Source of the DNA: Magallana gigas | Taxonomy: Eukaryota | Assembly (NCBI RefSeq): GCF_963853765.1 | Contig: NC_088854.1 | Location: 54,250,001-54,314,000, forward strand | Length of the DNA: 64,000 nucleotides | Reading direction: 5' to 3' | In this document: positions 23,875 through 36,917 of the stretch, in pieces | Layout: each line of letters begins with the position of its first letter | Numbering within the stretch: the first letter of the stretch is position 1 | The notes under the pieces: model-generated | The model's input: the letters and a program-made list of their open reading frames with translations, nothing else | What the model was told of the DNA's origin: nothing | The model's database searches: none | Program-made: the position numbers and the translations under genes

Positions 23875-25256
23875 CACCCCTGCGAATTTGTTCGGAATGT
23901 ATTCTTTATCGTTGCTAAGTATGTAGTAAATCCAGAGGTGCTCGAATGAAAGTTAACGAGACTTCACCGAGATTTGTTCAGTTCCTGTGAAATTTCGAGC
24001 GGAAGTATAAGTGTTCGGATAATATCCTCAAAATACGTAAGTACTGGTCGATTTTCATATCATATTCTACTTTGATTTATGTTAAAACATCAACATCTTT
24101 TAAGATGTATGTCTTATTTCACCATCTAGCGGTTTTTTAAATCAAACGATGATATTCAGAACAGAGTTATCGTTCGTGTTTACCACGTGTAGAGTGGTTA
24201 ATAATATAAACATTAGGTTGCTTAATAAAATCATAGCCATGTTTGATGCTTGTGGTGTGCAATACCAATTTTTTTTAAAAATTAATGGGTGAATGTTTTG
24301 CATAAAAACTTAGTGTATCGAGCCATTTTCAATGAACATTCTGCATAAAATAGTACAGTCTGTTTCACTATTGATGTTATTACTAGGTCAGGCGCGGATC
24401 GAAAAATTCTTAGAGGGGATCTCTACTACGCATGTTAATTGTCGCAACAGCAGAAAAAAACTATTTTTTGTATTGTTTTGTTTATATCTAGAACACATTT
24501 TATCCACCAATTAATGAAGATAAAGTTTAAAATCAATAAACCTCTAGAATTTATATTTGACTACAAGTACCTAGATTCTCTAAAATAGACTATAAACACG
24601 AGGCACGATTTTTACTGCGAAACAGAAAGGGTCAATTAAAACCACGTGGTCTAAAATTTAAATGACAATAACATTCGCAGGGGCTTTGGCGGAATTTGGC
24701 GAGTTTAGATCTTCTAAAAAAAAAAAAAGATTTGTCGTTTCAAAGGTGAGACATTTGCCTTTTTGCCTCCATTGCACTACGGCCGTGGACTATTGAAACT
24801 AAATGGTCTCGATGTTTAACCGGAGAATGCACACCTCTGCGAATGTTATTGTTATGTAAATTTAGAGTATAGCACGCCAAAAGCCTCAAATATGGCTATG
24901 ATTTTATTAAGCAACCCGATGTTTATATATACTTTCAACCACGTGTAGAGTGGTTGAACACGAACAATTATAACTCTGTTCTGAATATCATCGTTTAGTT
25001 TACATAACCTCTAAACGATGAAAAAAAGACATATATCTTAATTGATTTTCATGTTTTAACATAAATCAAAGTAGGATATGATATGAAATATGACCAGTAC
25101 TTACGTATTTTGAGAATATTATCTGAACACTTATACTTCGCTTGAAATTTCACAGGAGCTGAACAAATCTCGGTGAAGTCTCATGAACTTCCATTTGCGA
25201 TTTATTACATACTTAGCAACGATAAAGAAAACATACCGAACACATTCGTAGGGGTG
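23875..25256. mobile_element. Element with ~390-bp terminal inverted repeats (CACCCC...GGGGTG)
   Basis: Arm 23875-24265 is the reverse complement of arm 24867-25256 over its length; no TSD could be identified. Confidence 0.85.
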
Positions 25257-27847
25257 TGCATGTTTGTGGATAAATATTGCGTAATCTATTTGAATAAGAT
25301 TTTCTCTGCAGCTATCTTGTGTTTCATAGTTTTAAAGCTGATGGCTATTGTTGCTCAAGTCAGCGATGTGGTCCCAGTCCCTCGTGTTAATCTTTATTCA
25401 ATTTTTAAACAATATTTTTTCTACCTTCTGACCGAAGGTTGAAAAACAAATTGAGTATGGGAGGGCAAACAACTTTTTGGACGCGGCCTAATAAAATTTT
25501 CATGATCAGCATAAACTAAATTATTTTCAAAGTTGGTTAATTTTGTCCAAAATTTTACCTACATGTACTTTGAAATTTTTTTCAAAGTGCGTGGCCACAT
25601 ACCTATTTAAGGCTAAGTGGTCAAAACTTGGCTATCAAATCTACCTTCAAATTTTAAATGATTTTTAGGCTATAAACTATACTTAAATATGGAAAAAAAT
25701 CACATTATTTTTGCTTTGAAATTTGCATACTTTCCTGTATCTTAATACAGAACTCTTCTTCTTCAGGAGATCGATACAGTCCAAAAATGGCCGCGACTAC
25801 CAAGCCCTCGTAAGTCTTCTCTGTTTGGCAGTGATTCTTTTTTTCCCTTGAAAAAATCTGAATATGATAGAGGGATCGAGGGTTTTTTTCATGAAAAGTG
25901 ACAACAAGTTACACATTTGCCTACGAAACTAATTTTTTTTAATGAAAATGATAATTCCCATAGGATACATTTATTAAGAAACTTTTTTTAAAATCATAAA
26001 AAAAATTATTTGTAACTAGAGGAAGCCGTGTTTTTAATGAATTTCAGTGAAATTCCTCAAAGATTTGTATAAATTATTAGACGTTAAACAAATTCCTGGA
26101 GAAATTAAATTTTTCTTTTGTGAAAACAGCCCGTTAAAGACGTATTCTTGTAGAAGTTTTGTTCATCTTAACGGAAATGGTATTTCTTTATAGCACTCTA
26201 ACAGAGTGTCCTATATATCCTACTGTGAGATGTATTTCTCCTATTAATTACCTTTCATCCTGCTGACAGGTTGGGCACATCAGAGACAAATATGATTATA
26301 TACTAATAATTAATAATTTTATTTCGTAGATTGTTTGGAAACTGCACATAGACTGAATTACATTTAACCGGTTTCCGTCAAAAAATGGCTTGGTATTCGA
26401 ACTATATTCCATATATGTACATGTAATTAAAACTACTATAAAAAGATGAACAGATTCCATTATTAGAACCATTCTGACTCACATGAAAATCAGCACAAGA
26501 TGAAACAATTATTTAGCAGATTAAGAACTATCTCTTGTATTTACTAAGACTTTGTAGTACATGACAATATATTGAATTCCTGAACCATTGCCGTGTATGT
26601 TTGACATCGCTCGCTCTCTGTCAACAACACGTGATAACCCTGAATCAGATTACGCAATCACAGTTCTGGGGCTGGAGACCGCGGATTACCGTGGACGGTA
26701 AACAGAGCGGTAGTTGACACCTTCCTAAAACCCGTTAGGTCGAGATAAGTCTTCTTCTGAGGGACCGTTACGTTCTAGTACCTCACGAGGATTAACTCTT
26801 CTAACAGTGCCTAAGTCACTGTTGACGGAACGCGTTTCCGCTTTGTAGTGATTGCCGGCAATTAATTAAGGTTTATTCCATTTAAATCCTAAATTAAGAT
26901 CGGTGCCTTTCGCTGCATTTATTATAAATTTTATTTATTCATACATAATTTTACAAGTTATGACATTTTACTCAATGAGTTAAATGTTTCACTCATTATA
27001 GCTTAATTTTGAAAAGATGTGGATCATGTAGTGGCGATGGAAAGGTTCATTTCTTCAGCGACATGTTTCCTTCCCGCTACATCACACAGATACTAATTTA
27101 GTACTTAGACGCAAACTTTTATCAATTTTTTTATTCAATCAAAAAGTATCGCCTATGATGGGTTTTATTCCCTTTTTTAATGGGGGATGAACCTGAATGG
27201 AAAAGAATTTGTAGTATTTTTCTGTACTATAAGATAAAGACTAAATTAATCATTCTTTAAGTCTTTGAAAGAATCCCCGGATCTGATGAGTAATCATGAT
27301 TATAATTTGCTGACCACCCATATCAGACATTAACTGAATACAGATTCTAAATTGTCCTTAGATCAATAACCGTTGTGTCTGCAGTGTTTATTTAATTTTA
27401 TTTGTGATAATATTTTGGAAATTGAAAACTACCGTATCAATTTTTTCAAAATTTCAAAGACAAAGCCTTATCGATATTTTTTTTTTCATTCTATTAATTG
27501 CAGTTGGGATATTATTGAATCTGTACCACAAGGAACTTATCAAAGTTTAGCACATCCACGAGTTGAACTTTCAAACATTTAAAAAGTTGTTGATTATCAA
27601 ACTCAAGTTTTTTTAAATTAGAAACATGAAATATTGTTTCAAATATACAGCTATCACCTGATTAAAATTCTATTTTCTTCATTAATCTGGCGGCTCCAAA
27701 AATGTGTTATTCCCCTTGTCTTACAACATTCATCCCTCTAATTCTATCTTGCCCATTTAGTGTTTTAGGTCAAAATAATTTTTAATGCACATTAACAGAA
27801 AAGGCTGATAAAGAATCTTCTACTTAGAATATGTACATGTGTAGTTT

Positions 27848-27937
27848 CATCGTCGTAACCCATGGAGTTTCTCGATCTCCGTTTCACTGCTTTCAAAAGC
27901 AGTGTAACGAGGAGAAAACCAATGGGTTCCGGTGATG
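27848..27937. repeat. ~90-bp imperfect palindrome (MITE-like hairpin)
   Basis: CATCGTCGTAACCCATGG...CACTGC loop GCAGTG...ATGGGTTCCGGTGATG. Confidence 0.7.
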
Positions 27938-28999
27938 TTGTAGTTCAAAGCCTGTTTTACCATACCGAGTGAAAATTAACATTCTGACGAATGGTAAATT
28001 AGCGGATGCATTTTAATATATTATATTGCTTTCGATGCTATTCATTGGGAAATGAACGTAGGAAACTCTGCTACACCAAATCGCAAAATGAAAGAGAGTA
28101 TTTTACTTTTGTTTTACATATCCCCTTAAATCATTTATGTAAAATACTGCAATGACGATCAGAAAGTTACAATGTCGGAACAACCTATAAGTCTGCCGAC
28201 ATTTGTACAGCCCCCCCCCCCCCCCCCCCCGGTTGCTATAGCTATTATACCAATAACCTTTACGTGTTTTGAATATGCCGATGTGACGGGTAGTAGTTCA
28301 TTACCTTATGGGTCTGCAAATCTAAAATAACGTGTCTGTGACAAGGAGAGAACTACCCAAGTAAAACGTGTGTCAAATCCTTTGGACTGTTCTCAATAAA
28401 ATATGTTGAATTTTTGAAATGAATATTTACGAGAAAATTTACTCACATAGTAATCCACACCAAATAGTGTGTAAAGATACATTATATCTAGAATAACAAC
28501 TATAATCGCTTTCATCTTAAATTTAGTAAAAAAAAAATTTAAGTTGTATTAATTCTATAAATAGACGTTTTTGCAATTATTGTAACTTTAATAAAATTGA
28601 AGCTAAATATTACTACGTGTATGTCTTAAAATTCTGTTTTAAACATGCATATATTTTTACAAATGTTGGATAAGAACCAGTTGTCCATTTTCTAAATTAT
28701 AAATAAAATCAACAGACATGTCACATATTTTTAATGCATGTGCAAGTAAAGAACATGAGTTCTTTTGCGTCAGAAGACAAAAATAAATTGAAGCACCCCC
28801 AACCCCCACTGGCTGAATCACTGCATTGGTGCCGGCCCCGACTTCCTGCTGTTGTTGTTGTCTACTTCTGTCGTCTATTTGTGAAACAGGATGGAAAACA
28901 CGCGATAATAAGCTGTCCTAGAAACAGCCACATACTTCCGGTACATCAAAACCACAAGCCATGAAGTGTTAAAGAAAAAAATAATACCGTATAAAGCAT

Positions 29000-29156
29000 T
29001 TAAGGAGGCTGGGTGGCCAAAGAATCAACCACAAGCTCTGTCCTAAATTTTGTGATTTTTAAAAACTTGAATCTATAATTTAGTAACGAAAAATTCCATA
29101 AATCATAGCTTCAATGTTTTGATATCTAAAAATTGCCGCAACCATCCAGCCCTTAA
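29000..29156. mobile_element. Kolobok-like MITE (TTAA TSD, GG termini)
   Basis: TTAAGGAGGCTGGGTGG ... CCATCCAGCCCTTAA. Confidence 0.7.
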
Positions 29157-29499
29157 ATTTCGGTCAATATCCACGAGGAATCGTAGGATTGGTCGAGTTA
29201 GTAATAAATGGTTTTTGTTTACTTCTTAAATGTAGAACATGTATATTATATAAGTATTGAGCAAAACAGACGCATGAGAGAGGATTAGACAATATCTCCT
29301 AAAATACAAGCCAATAAGTGATGAAGACAAACAAGATTGTCATTGGCTTAATTGCAATGTTTCCTAGTTCAGTGATATTTGCAACAACCGACTTTTGAAG
29401 AGCGAATATGTTCAGACCAGTCATGAAGCGACGATTTTGTGCAAATAAGAAGGGAACATTTAAACACCTACATGTATCTGTTTGATGAGACGTTGGAAT

Positions 29500-29869
29500 T
29501 CTAAGAGATGATGTCCTTTGACGCGTAAGGTCAATGATTCAGCGATGACATCTAGTTCCAGTAAGTGGCACCAAAATGACCACTTGCATCGCCCGACTAC
29601 CGACCCTGACAGGCTGCGGGCAGCGAATCACAAAGCGATTAGCGGAGGTTACGGCGCTCTCCCCGCGCTCCCCTTCTTTAATTTTCCCTGGTCTGGACTA
29701 ACTTCTAAACGAGCCTCACATCCCTATTAGCAACAAACGAGCTCACATAATGGCGCGTTTTCTCCGAGTAAAAGCGTGACAAACCCATAGCTGGTCAGTA
29801 TTGTGGACTGTGAGAGTTGATCGCGCAGGTCTGCAGTAGCTAAATCATACCAGTAGAAATACAAAGAAC
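29500..29869 (+). promoter_or_regulatory. CpG-rich candidate promoter / non-coding first exon upstream of Lmx1
   Basis: GC/CpG enrichment, direct repeat AAACGAGC(C)TCACAT, YY1-like TAATGGCG, and a consensus donor AAC|GTGAGT at 29870. Confidence 0.3.
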
Positions 29870-32227
29870 GTGAGTAAGAACGTGAAACAGAACAAAATGA
29901 TTGCAGGAACCAAAATTTCAATATCAATAAACAAAAAACCTACACCATGATACAAAATTGAAGAAATACATGTACTTAAGTTTTTTTAAATATTTGAAGT
30001 AATAAAGCCAAAAAATTTTGAATCAAGCTACGAGGTGAGTTTGATTTTTATTCTGAAATTATACATATATTTTCAATTCAAACTGTAAAGCAACTGTAAA
30101 CTGTAAAGCATTTTCGATGTTATACAATTATTTTATAATTTATCTTTATCCATGCAGATATTTTAAAGTAATTTGGGTTTCAAAAATTATCGGGTGGATA
30201 TGAATGAAAAGCAAGACATTTAGAGGTTATGACTTTTCTATCAACTTTCTACAATCTGAAATTATTTCCGAAATAATGTTTAGGAATAAAGTTTAGTTGC
30301 GTATCTTCAGCCTTTGACCTTGGGAAAATTATTGTCATCTTCTTAAGGTTATTTCGCTTTTTTTCTTTCCACATACGTTTGACAATATTAAAGCATTAGT
30401 TTGCATCGACAGATCGGTCAGTATATAATTAGGCAGATAATAAATGAAATAACAGCTTTTAACCCGGACAAATAAGCCTGTAACTTAGGATGGTAACTCT
30501 CCCACTACCGTTTATTGATGCAACAAAAAAGTCAGCGATAAACGAACGAACACTGATATAAAATGAACAAACATCCAAAATTGTTTTCGCGACTCAATTC
30601 CTTTTGAATGCATTAGTTAATAGAATGAACAAAAAGCCAAAATTGATTTTTAATAAAGACCTGCGACAATCGGCACGCCACGAGTATTATATTGTATATG
30701 TGTTCATCGAGCTGATGAAGGAACCGCTGTCAACAGAAACACCTTTTGCAGGTAAAACGGGCTCTGTGTCACGTGGTATTGCAGGGTTCATCGTTGTGAA
30801 ATTTCCGAGTTGCTTTTTTTTTCGATCAAAATTACCATATTGAATAACAAATCCATTTTGTTTTTCTAACTACAACTAGGATATAATCTACAATTATTTT
30901 TATGGTTGGTAATATCTGTAACTGCAAGTGTTATACACTGCTAAAGATAATGTTAAGCAGTACATGCCTAGTTCAGATTGATATTTTCGAGATAGTGATA
31001 AATCGAATTAAAAGCTATCGATATTAATAATTACAAATGCATATATTATAACTCAAATGACAGCTTTCAAGATTTTCCTTGTCAAAGAAAATTTAAAAGT
31101 CCACATGCGGGTCAATCTACATGCGTCTATCTAATTCCAGAGGAGGGCCAAAGATTTCTCTATAGGCCCGCCCACCCGTTCTCAGCAAACTTGATAATTC
31201 TCCGATAATGATTGACAGATATTTGTAAAATGGCCTTCTTTTGTAAGAATATCCAAATGCTCTAGCGAGGAATCACGACCGTATTTGGAATATTAACTGT
31301 CTGCTGAGGTTTCCAGTTCAACAGGTAATATCTATTATCATTCTCCTATTATTTACAATTTTTTTTTCAAAATTAAAAAGGGGGTGCGAGGTTTTTAAAT
31401 GGTTTTAAAATATTACCCGAAAGAAATGAAATCTTTTAAAACAAAAAAATAGAAAAGAAAGAATGTAAGCGAAATAGATATAAAAGCGAGCATACGATAA
31501 GTACCAACTTCATGAAGAATATTATTAATATACTATAGAATAACATAGTCAATATATACAAAAGCTTGTTTAAGTGGGTGTATATATTTTATTTTCATTT
31601 TCAACTTTAAAGCTTGGCGTATAACTATGCAGCTGTAGAAGTTTTCCTGACAATGCATAGATATATACTTTATGTACTAGTATATACTGTACAGAAATAA
31701 TTAAACTTAAAACTTTTTTATTGAGAGAGAAACAGGGAAAATTAAAGAATGCTGGTTTTCCTGTTGTTTCAACATCTGAATTAGGTCTGGATTAATATCT
31801 TAATGATTGTGCTGACTGTCCAGTTATGCTGTAGTCAAACAGGACCATTTGTAAATCTCATTCATTTTATTATTTTATTATATTTTATTCATATAAACGT
31901 GCTTTTAACCACTTTGTTGCAAGAAATGAAAGTACAAACTTCATCAATTGCAAACTGACAGAACGGACCAAATATAGGTTCTTGCCAAGCACTCAAAAGT
32001 GGGTTCTTCCATTTAGAACCCCTCAGAATGCAATGCATGTACTGGGGTGAATTTTTTCTGTTATGATGTCCCCCTTACCAAATATAAGCGCCTTGGAGAC
32101 AAATTATTTACATTTTGTTTTGTAAGTTAAAACCAGACCAGGCAGACCGCCTCTAAAATAACCGTCCAACAACTGAACCATTCTTTTTTCTTCGTTTTTT
32201 TTCTCTTTTCTTTTCTTTTTACCTTTT

Positions 32228-32368
32228 NNNNNNNNNNNNNNNNNNNNNNNNNNNNNNNNNNNNNNNNNNNNNNNNNNNNNNNNNNNNNNNNNNNNNNNNN
32301 NNNNNNNNNNNNNNNNNNNNNNNNNNNNNNNNNNNNNNNNNNNNNNNNNNNNNNNNNNNNNNNNNNNN
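32228..32368. other. Assembly gap (N run)
   Basis: N run; further gaps at 34701-34853 and 38512-38650. Confidence 1.
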
Positions 32369-35300
32369 GAACCACCATAAGAACACTTTTAACAGTAATT
32401 TTTTTTTTTGGGGGGGGGGGGGTTAAGCAACATAACAATTTAAAACCAAACATTTTGTTGTTGTAGACAATAGTAGTATTCATACTATCACTATTATATC
32501 AATTAAAATTAATTTTTATTTATTCAAATTAATGCATTTAAAATCAGAAACGATCTTACATATATAATTATTTACCGAATAACGATACACGCATCATGTT
32601 CATCAAATATTGCGTTTGAACATTCATATACCAATGAATCTCTGTCTGTATACGTTAGATAGTTACAGCTATTTTTTATGTCTGCTTTCCTGAAAATATG
32701 ATTCAGAATAAAAATGGATTTATATATATACGTCCCTGGAAGTACCTGAATAACTTTAAATAAGCGGCAGTTTGGCACTGGTTACAGAATCATTTTGTTC
32801 TTATAAAGCATCGAAAATAACTGATTTCTCAATGAAAAATTAAAAGGTAAAATTGTCAATTAAGAGCAATTGGAATACATTTGATGGACGCAGTATCATT
32901 TCGGGTACGCACCTAAACTGAAAGTAAAAACTGTTGCAAGAGAACTCAAATAACCACGAAGAGACTTTCGAACTATGTGTTATAGCTGATTTTATTTGAA
33001 TTGCTTTCTTAGTTTAAAAAAAACGGCCTTTGTGATATGATAAAAATACATTCACTGTGCTCAAAAAAAATTCAAGGATGGTTTTCATGTTAATCAAGTA
33101 TGGAAGTTACAAAACATTTAAATATTATTGTTGCACAATTTAGTTTGACAAAAGTACATAACAGGGTTGTATAACTGACCTTTAGACAAAGTATTAAAAA
33201 CATGTATTTAAGAAATTATCATAGAAATGGTTGAACGGTTTCCCGTTTGTGCTATTAGTTTCTGCAAACGATTTCTATACATGGTTCTTTTCAGACTTCT
33301 AACTTAACCATTCGACTTAACACTGTATAACTAATGTAGCCATGACTTAGTCGTTGGTTTAGATATCGTTTTAATGAGAAATGAATGGGTGGGGTCTCAA
33401 TGAGTGGTCACTCTATCAGTATCGGTCCCCCAATTACAATTACTGACAACTTGTTCAAGATAAGGTATGTGTCCACTCGCTGATATAGGGGGGAACTGTT
33501 GTAAATCTGCCACTGTCTTTGTCAACTCGTACTGGCATAGATAATCGACTTCTTCGATTAAAGGATTTGGTTTGTAAGATAAATAAATCAAACGTGTGTT
33601 TTGATTGGTTCGTATATTCTGCCATTAGCCCTGCAACAGATGTGCAGGGATCCTATGCCAGACAACCAGCAAAAGTCTCTCCAGTTTCTACTTAACGACA
33701 AACGAAGTCAGACCGAATTCCTGCCACAAAAATGCCATCCATCTCCTTGGTCTGTGAATCTCATCAACCTGATCCTTTCTGTAGGACAACATGCTAGTAG
33801 ATACAGAAATTTTATACATTTCGAGTAAAATGTTATCATTTCGTATCTCATATCAATTGTTGTATACCAGAAACACAAATTAAATTCATGCTGTTAAAAT
33901 GTTTTCAGGCACAGTCCTATCACATATTGTTCCCAGTTTTTCCGGAAAAACCCCTGAAGTAATCTGAATTACTTGTTAGGATGTTGTAGCGAAAATCTAT
34001 ACGTTTTAATTTTAATTAAATTCATTGTAAATGCCATTGTTAAGATAGACTTTACTTTTATTACAAATTTATTTTACGGTTCAGGTGAAATAGATTTTCA
34101 AATTATTAAAATATCCGATTTTGATTTCAACTTGTATATATTTTGTCGACAAATATACACCCCCACCCCTCCCCCAAAAATAATTCAACACTGGGGTATT
34201 TTGAAGTAAACACACGAAAATAAGTTGTTAAATTTCACTGGACTGTTGATTATCGTCTCGCAATGAGCAGACTATTATAATGAGAGTTTCCGTTCAATTT
34301 AACTATGGATTTGAGTCTAAGCTTCAGGAGACATTTAGTTTCATTTCTTCTGCAAGTGTTTATTATTTTATAAGTACATTTGGTTTGATAAAAAAAGTTG
34401 CGTGCATTAATCTTGTTCTACAGATGTCTCGATATTTAAAACTGCAGGTTGGTTTATCTAAAAGGTTCTCTGTTGGAATGATATTTCAATAATATTAATC
34501 CAATTTCAAACAGCGAGATTTCTCTCCTTTAATTGCATTATCAATTTTTCCATATGCAAGTACTAGTTATTTATAAGTCAAAATATTGTACATTTCCACA
34601 AAGAAAAGCACACAAAAAGAGTGAATGCAAGTACAAGATTATCTACGTGATAAAAAAATCTTCAAATTATTATATATATATATATTACTAAATCATAACG
34701 NNNNNNNNNNNNNNNNNNNNNNNNNNNNNNNNNNNNNNNNNNNNNNNNNNNNNNNNNNNNNNNNNNNNNNNNNNNNNNNNNNNNNNNNNNNNNNNNNNNN
34801 NNNNNNNNNNNNNNNNNNNNNNNNNNNNNNNNNNNNNNNNNNNNNNNNNNNNNCATCTCATTGCTCCTCCATATTAGACACGTCACAAAAAATGAAATAC
34901 ATTTTTTTCTTTTCTTATCTTTTGTTTTTATTTTTGGAAGCTAACATTTTACATTTTCTCTCCATTTTTGTGAATAAAATTCAATTTCTACCCCGAAAGT
35001 CAAATTACTGTAATAACGTATTTACCAGGCCTAAAACCTATGAAATATGTTCTAAAAATACAGTGATTAAACTATAGTTAAAATTTCTTTGAATTGCTTG
35101 GAATTGGCTCCCTACTGAACTAGCATTTTGCGTTAGGTTAGCCTAAAAGGGCCCGAACACCAAGAAGACGAAATATGCTTGAATCCCGGTATTTACGTAT
35201 AACAGTATGTTCCTACAGTTTTACAGTCACTACGAACAATGCGGTGCTAAGTTACAACACCATTGGCGCTGCCTTGTTAAGTAAAGGTTCATCATGGCAT

Positions 35301-36537
35301 TATTATTTAAAAAAAGATAGAATAAATAAATGACAATTGTTTCACTTGAAAATTTAAGTTAATATGGTTCGGATAAACAGGGTTTGAGTGAAAAAAAACC
35401 TGGTGGGATGCTCCATTCGAATTCACAGGTCTTGGTTTTCCAGAATTACCTAATAACCATAATGAAATACTGGTTAACAATATTGTAAACAAAAATATTA
35501 ATAAAATGTTCAAACTATTAAAAGGTTTAGAATTCTTGTTTAATTAAATAATGCGGTATTTGCAGAATGCTCTAACAACTGAAAAATCAGTAACTTGGGT
35601 AAATAAATTAATAATATTAGACATATATCATTTGTTGGGAAAATATCATATTACAAAGATGGTATATTTGGTCATAGTATATGACTTTCGCTTGATGTCA
35701 TCCATTGTTCATTGCGTTAGTTTTCTACTATACTTTAAATCTTGTTCTTCAACTTTGATGACGCTGATGAGCCTCCACGACACAATCGAGCAGATTTAAC
35801 GCCCGGCTTGCGCTACCCGGAGAATGATCAGACTCACGCCCCCCTGGGTTCCAAACTAACCCGTTTCCAAGGTGTCGTCAACTGAAAATGAAAGCATGCG
35901 CACGATTAGGATAAACGATATGTTTTTCACAATTCCTCACTTTGAACACACTGATTGAACGTTTATTCACAAATCATGAACTCTCTTTGAAAAGAAAATG
36001 GCCACACAAGACGACAAAGGTTCTCGACTCAGTGTAAAGAAACCTGCAGAATTGATTAAAATTCACCCCACAGATAAACAACCCAGAGGTCTTGTTCACA
36101 TTTGGCCAATAGTTCTCCCCTTAAAAAAAGAACCCCAAAATACATGTCTTTAAATATTATTTCCACCATGTAAAAATCGTTAATGTTATCATTATAAAAA
36201 ATAGAAGAAACAAAATCTTATCAAGATATGTTTTGTATGTAGTAAGTTATGTAACGCGTGTCAATTATGTTTCACGTTCAAATAACACGTCTTCAGAAAA
36301 TGATGGAGTTTACATATTCTAAACCAATGAAAAAAACCAGACACAAACTCGGTATCTAATGCGATAATTGAAGTATAAAAATAAACTTACTAGATGCATT
36401 TGATCACTTTCTTTGTTTTATCGTATATAATGTAACCCTGTTTGACCTTACTGCTTTAAAGCATGTAGAAAAAGTGCATGTCTACATGTAGGATTTGCTT
36501 TCTTTGAATGTTTGTATTAATTCCATGCTGTTTTCAG

Positions 36538-36732
36538 TGCTTCGATGCCCAGCCAACAGCATAAAGAGGTGTGTGCATCCTGCCAGTACCCCATTGAAGA
36601 CCGCTTTCTCCTGCGGGTCATGGACTTACCCTGGCACGAGCAATGTGTCGTCTGCTCAGTGTGCCAAACCCAGCTCACCCGCACATGTTTCCATCGCAAC
36701 AGACAGTTTTATTGCAAAAACGACTATGACAA
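36538..36732 (+). CDS. Lmx1: Lmx1 exon, LIM domain 1
   Basis: CASC..WHEQC..CSVC..CKND zinc-ligand pattern; TTTTCAG acceptor, AA|GTAAGA donor. Confidence 0.95.
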
Positions 36733-36854
36733 GTAAGAATACAACTAGGATTTTCTCCCCGTTTTCATCATGTTGCGTAAATGTTACTACGGTGTCTTCC
36801 CCCTGAAATGATAAATACTGTAGAATGGTCTGAAAATATTCATGCTGAATGAGC

Positions 36855-36917
<63 letters not shown>

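Noticed and set aside
32127-35077. ORFs containing X runs
   Set aside because: They span assembly N gaps and are artefacts.
27280-35800. CTGATGA motifs (27284, 30714, 35764) as hammerhead ribozyme cores
   Set aside because: No correctly placed GAAA with a pairing stem II could be found by eye.
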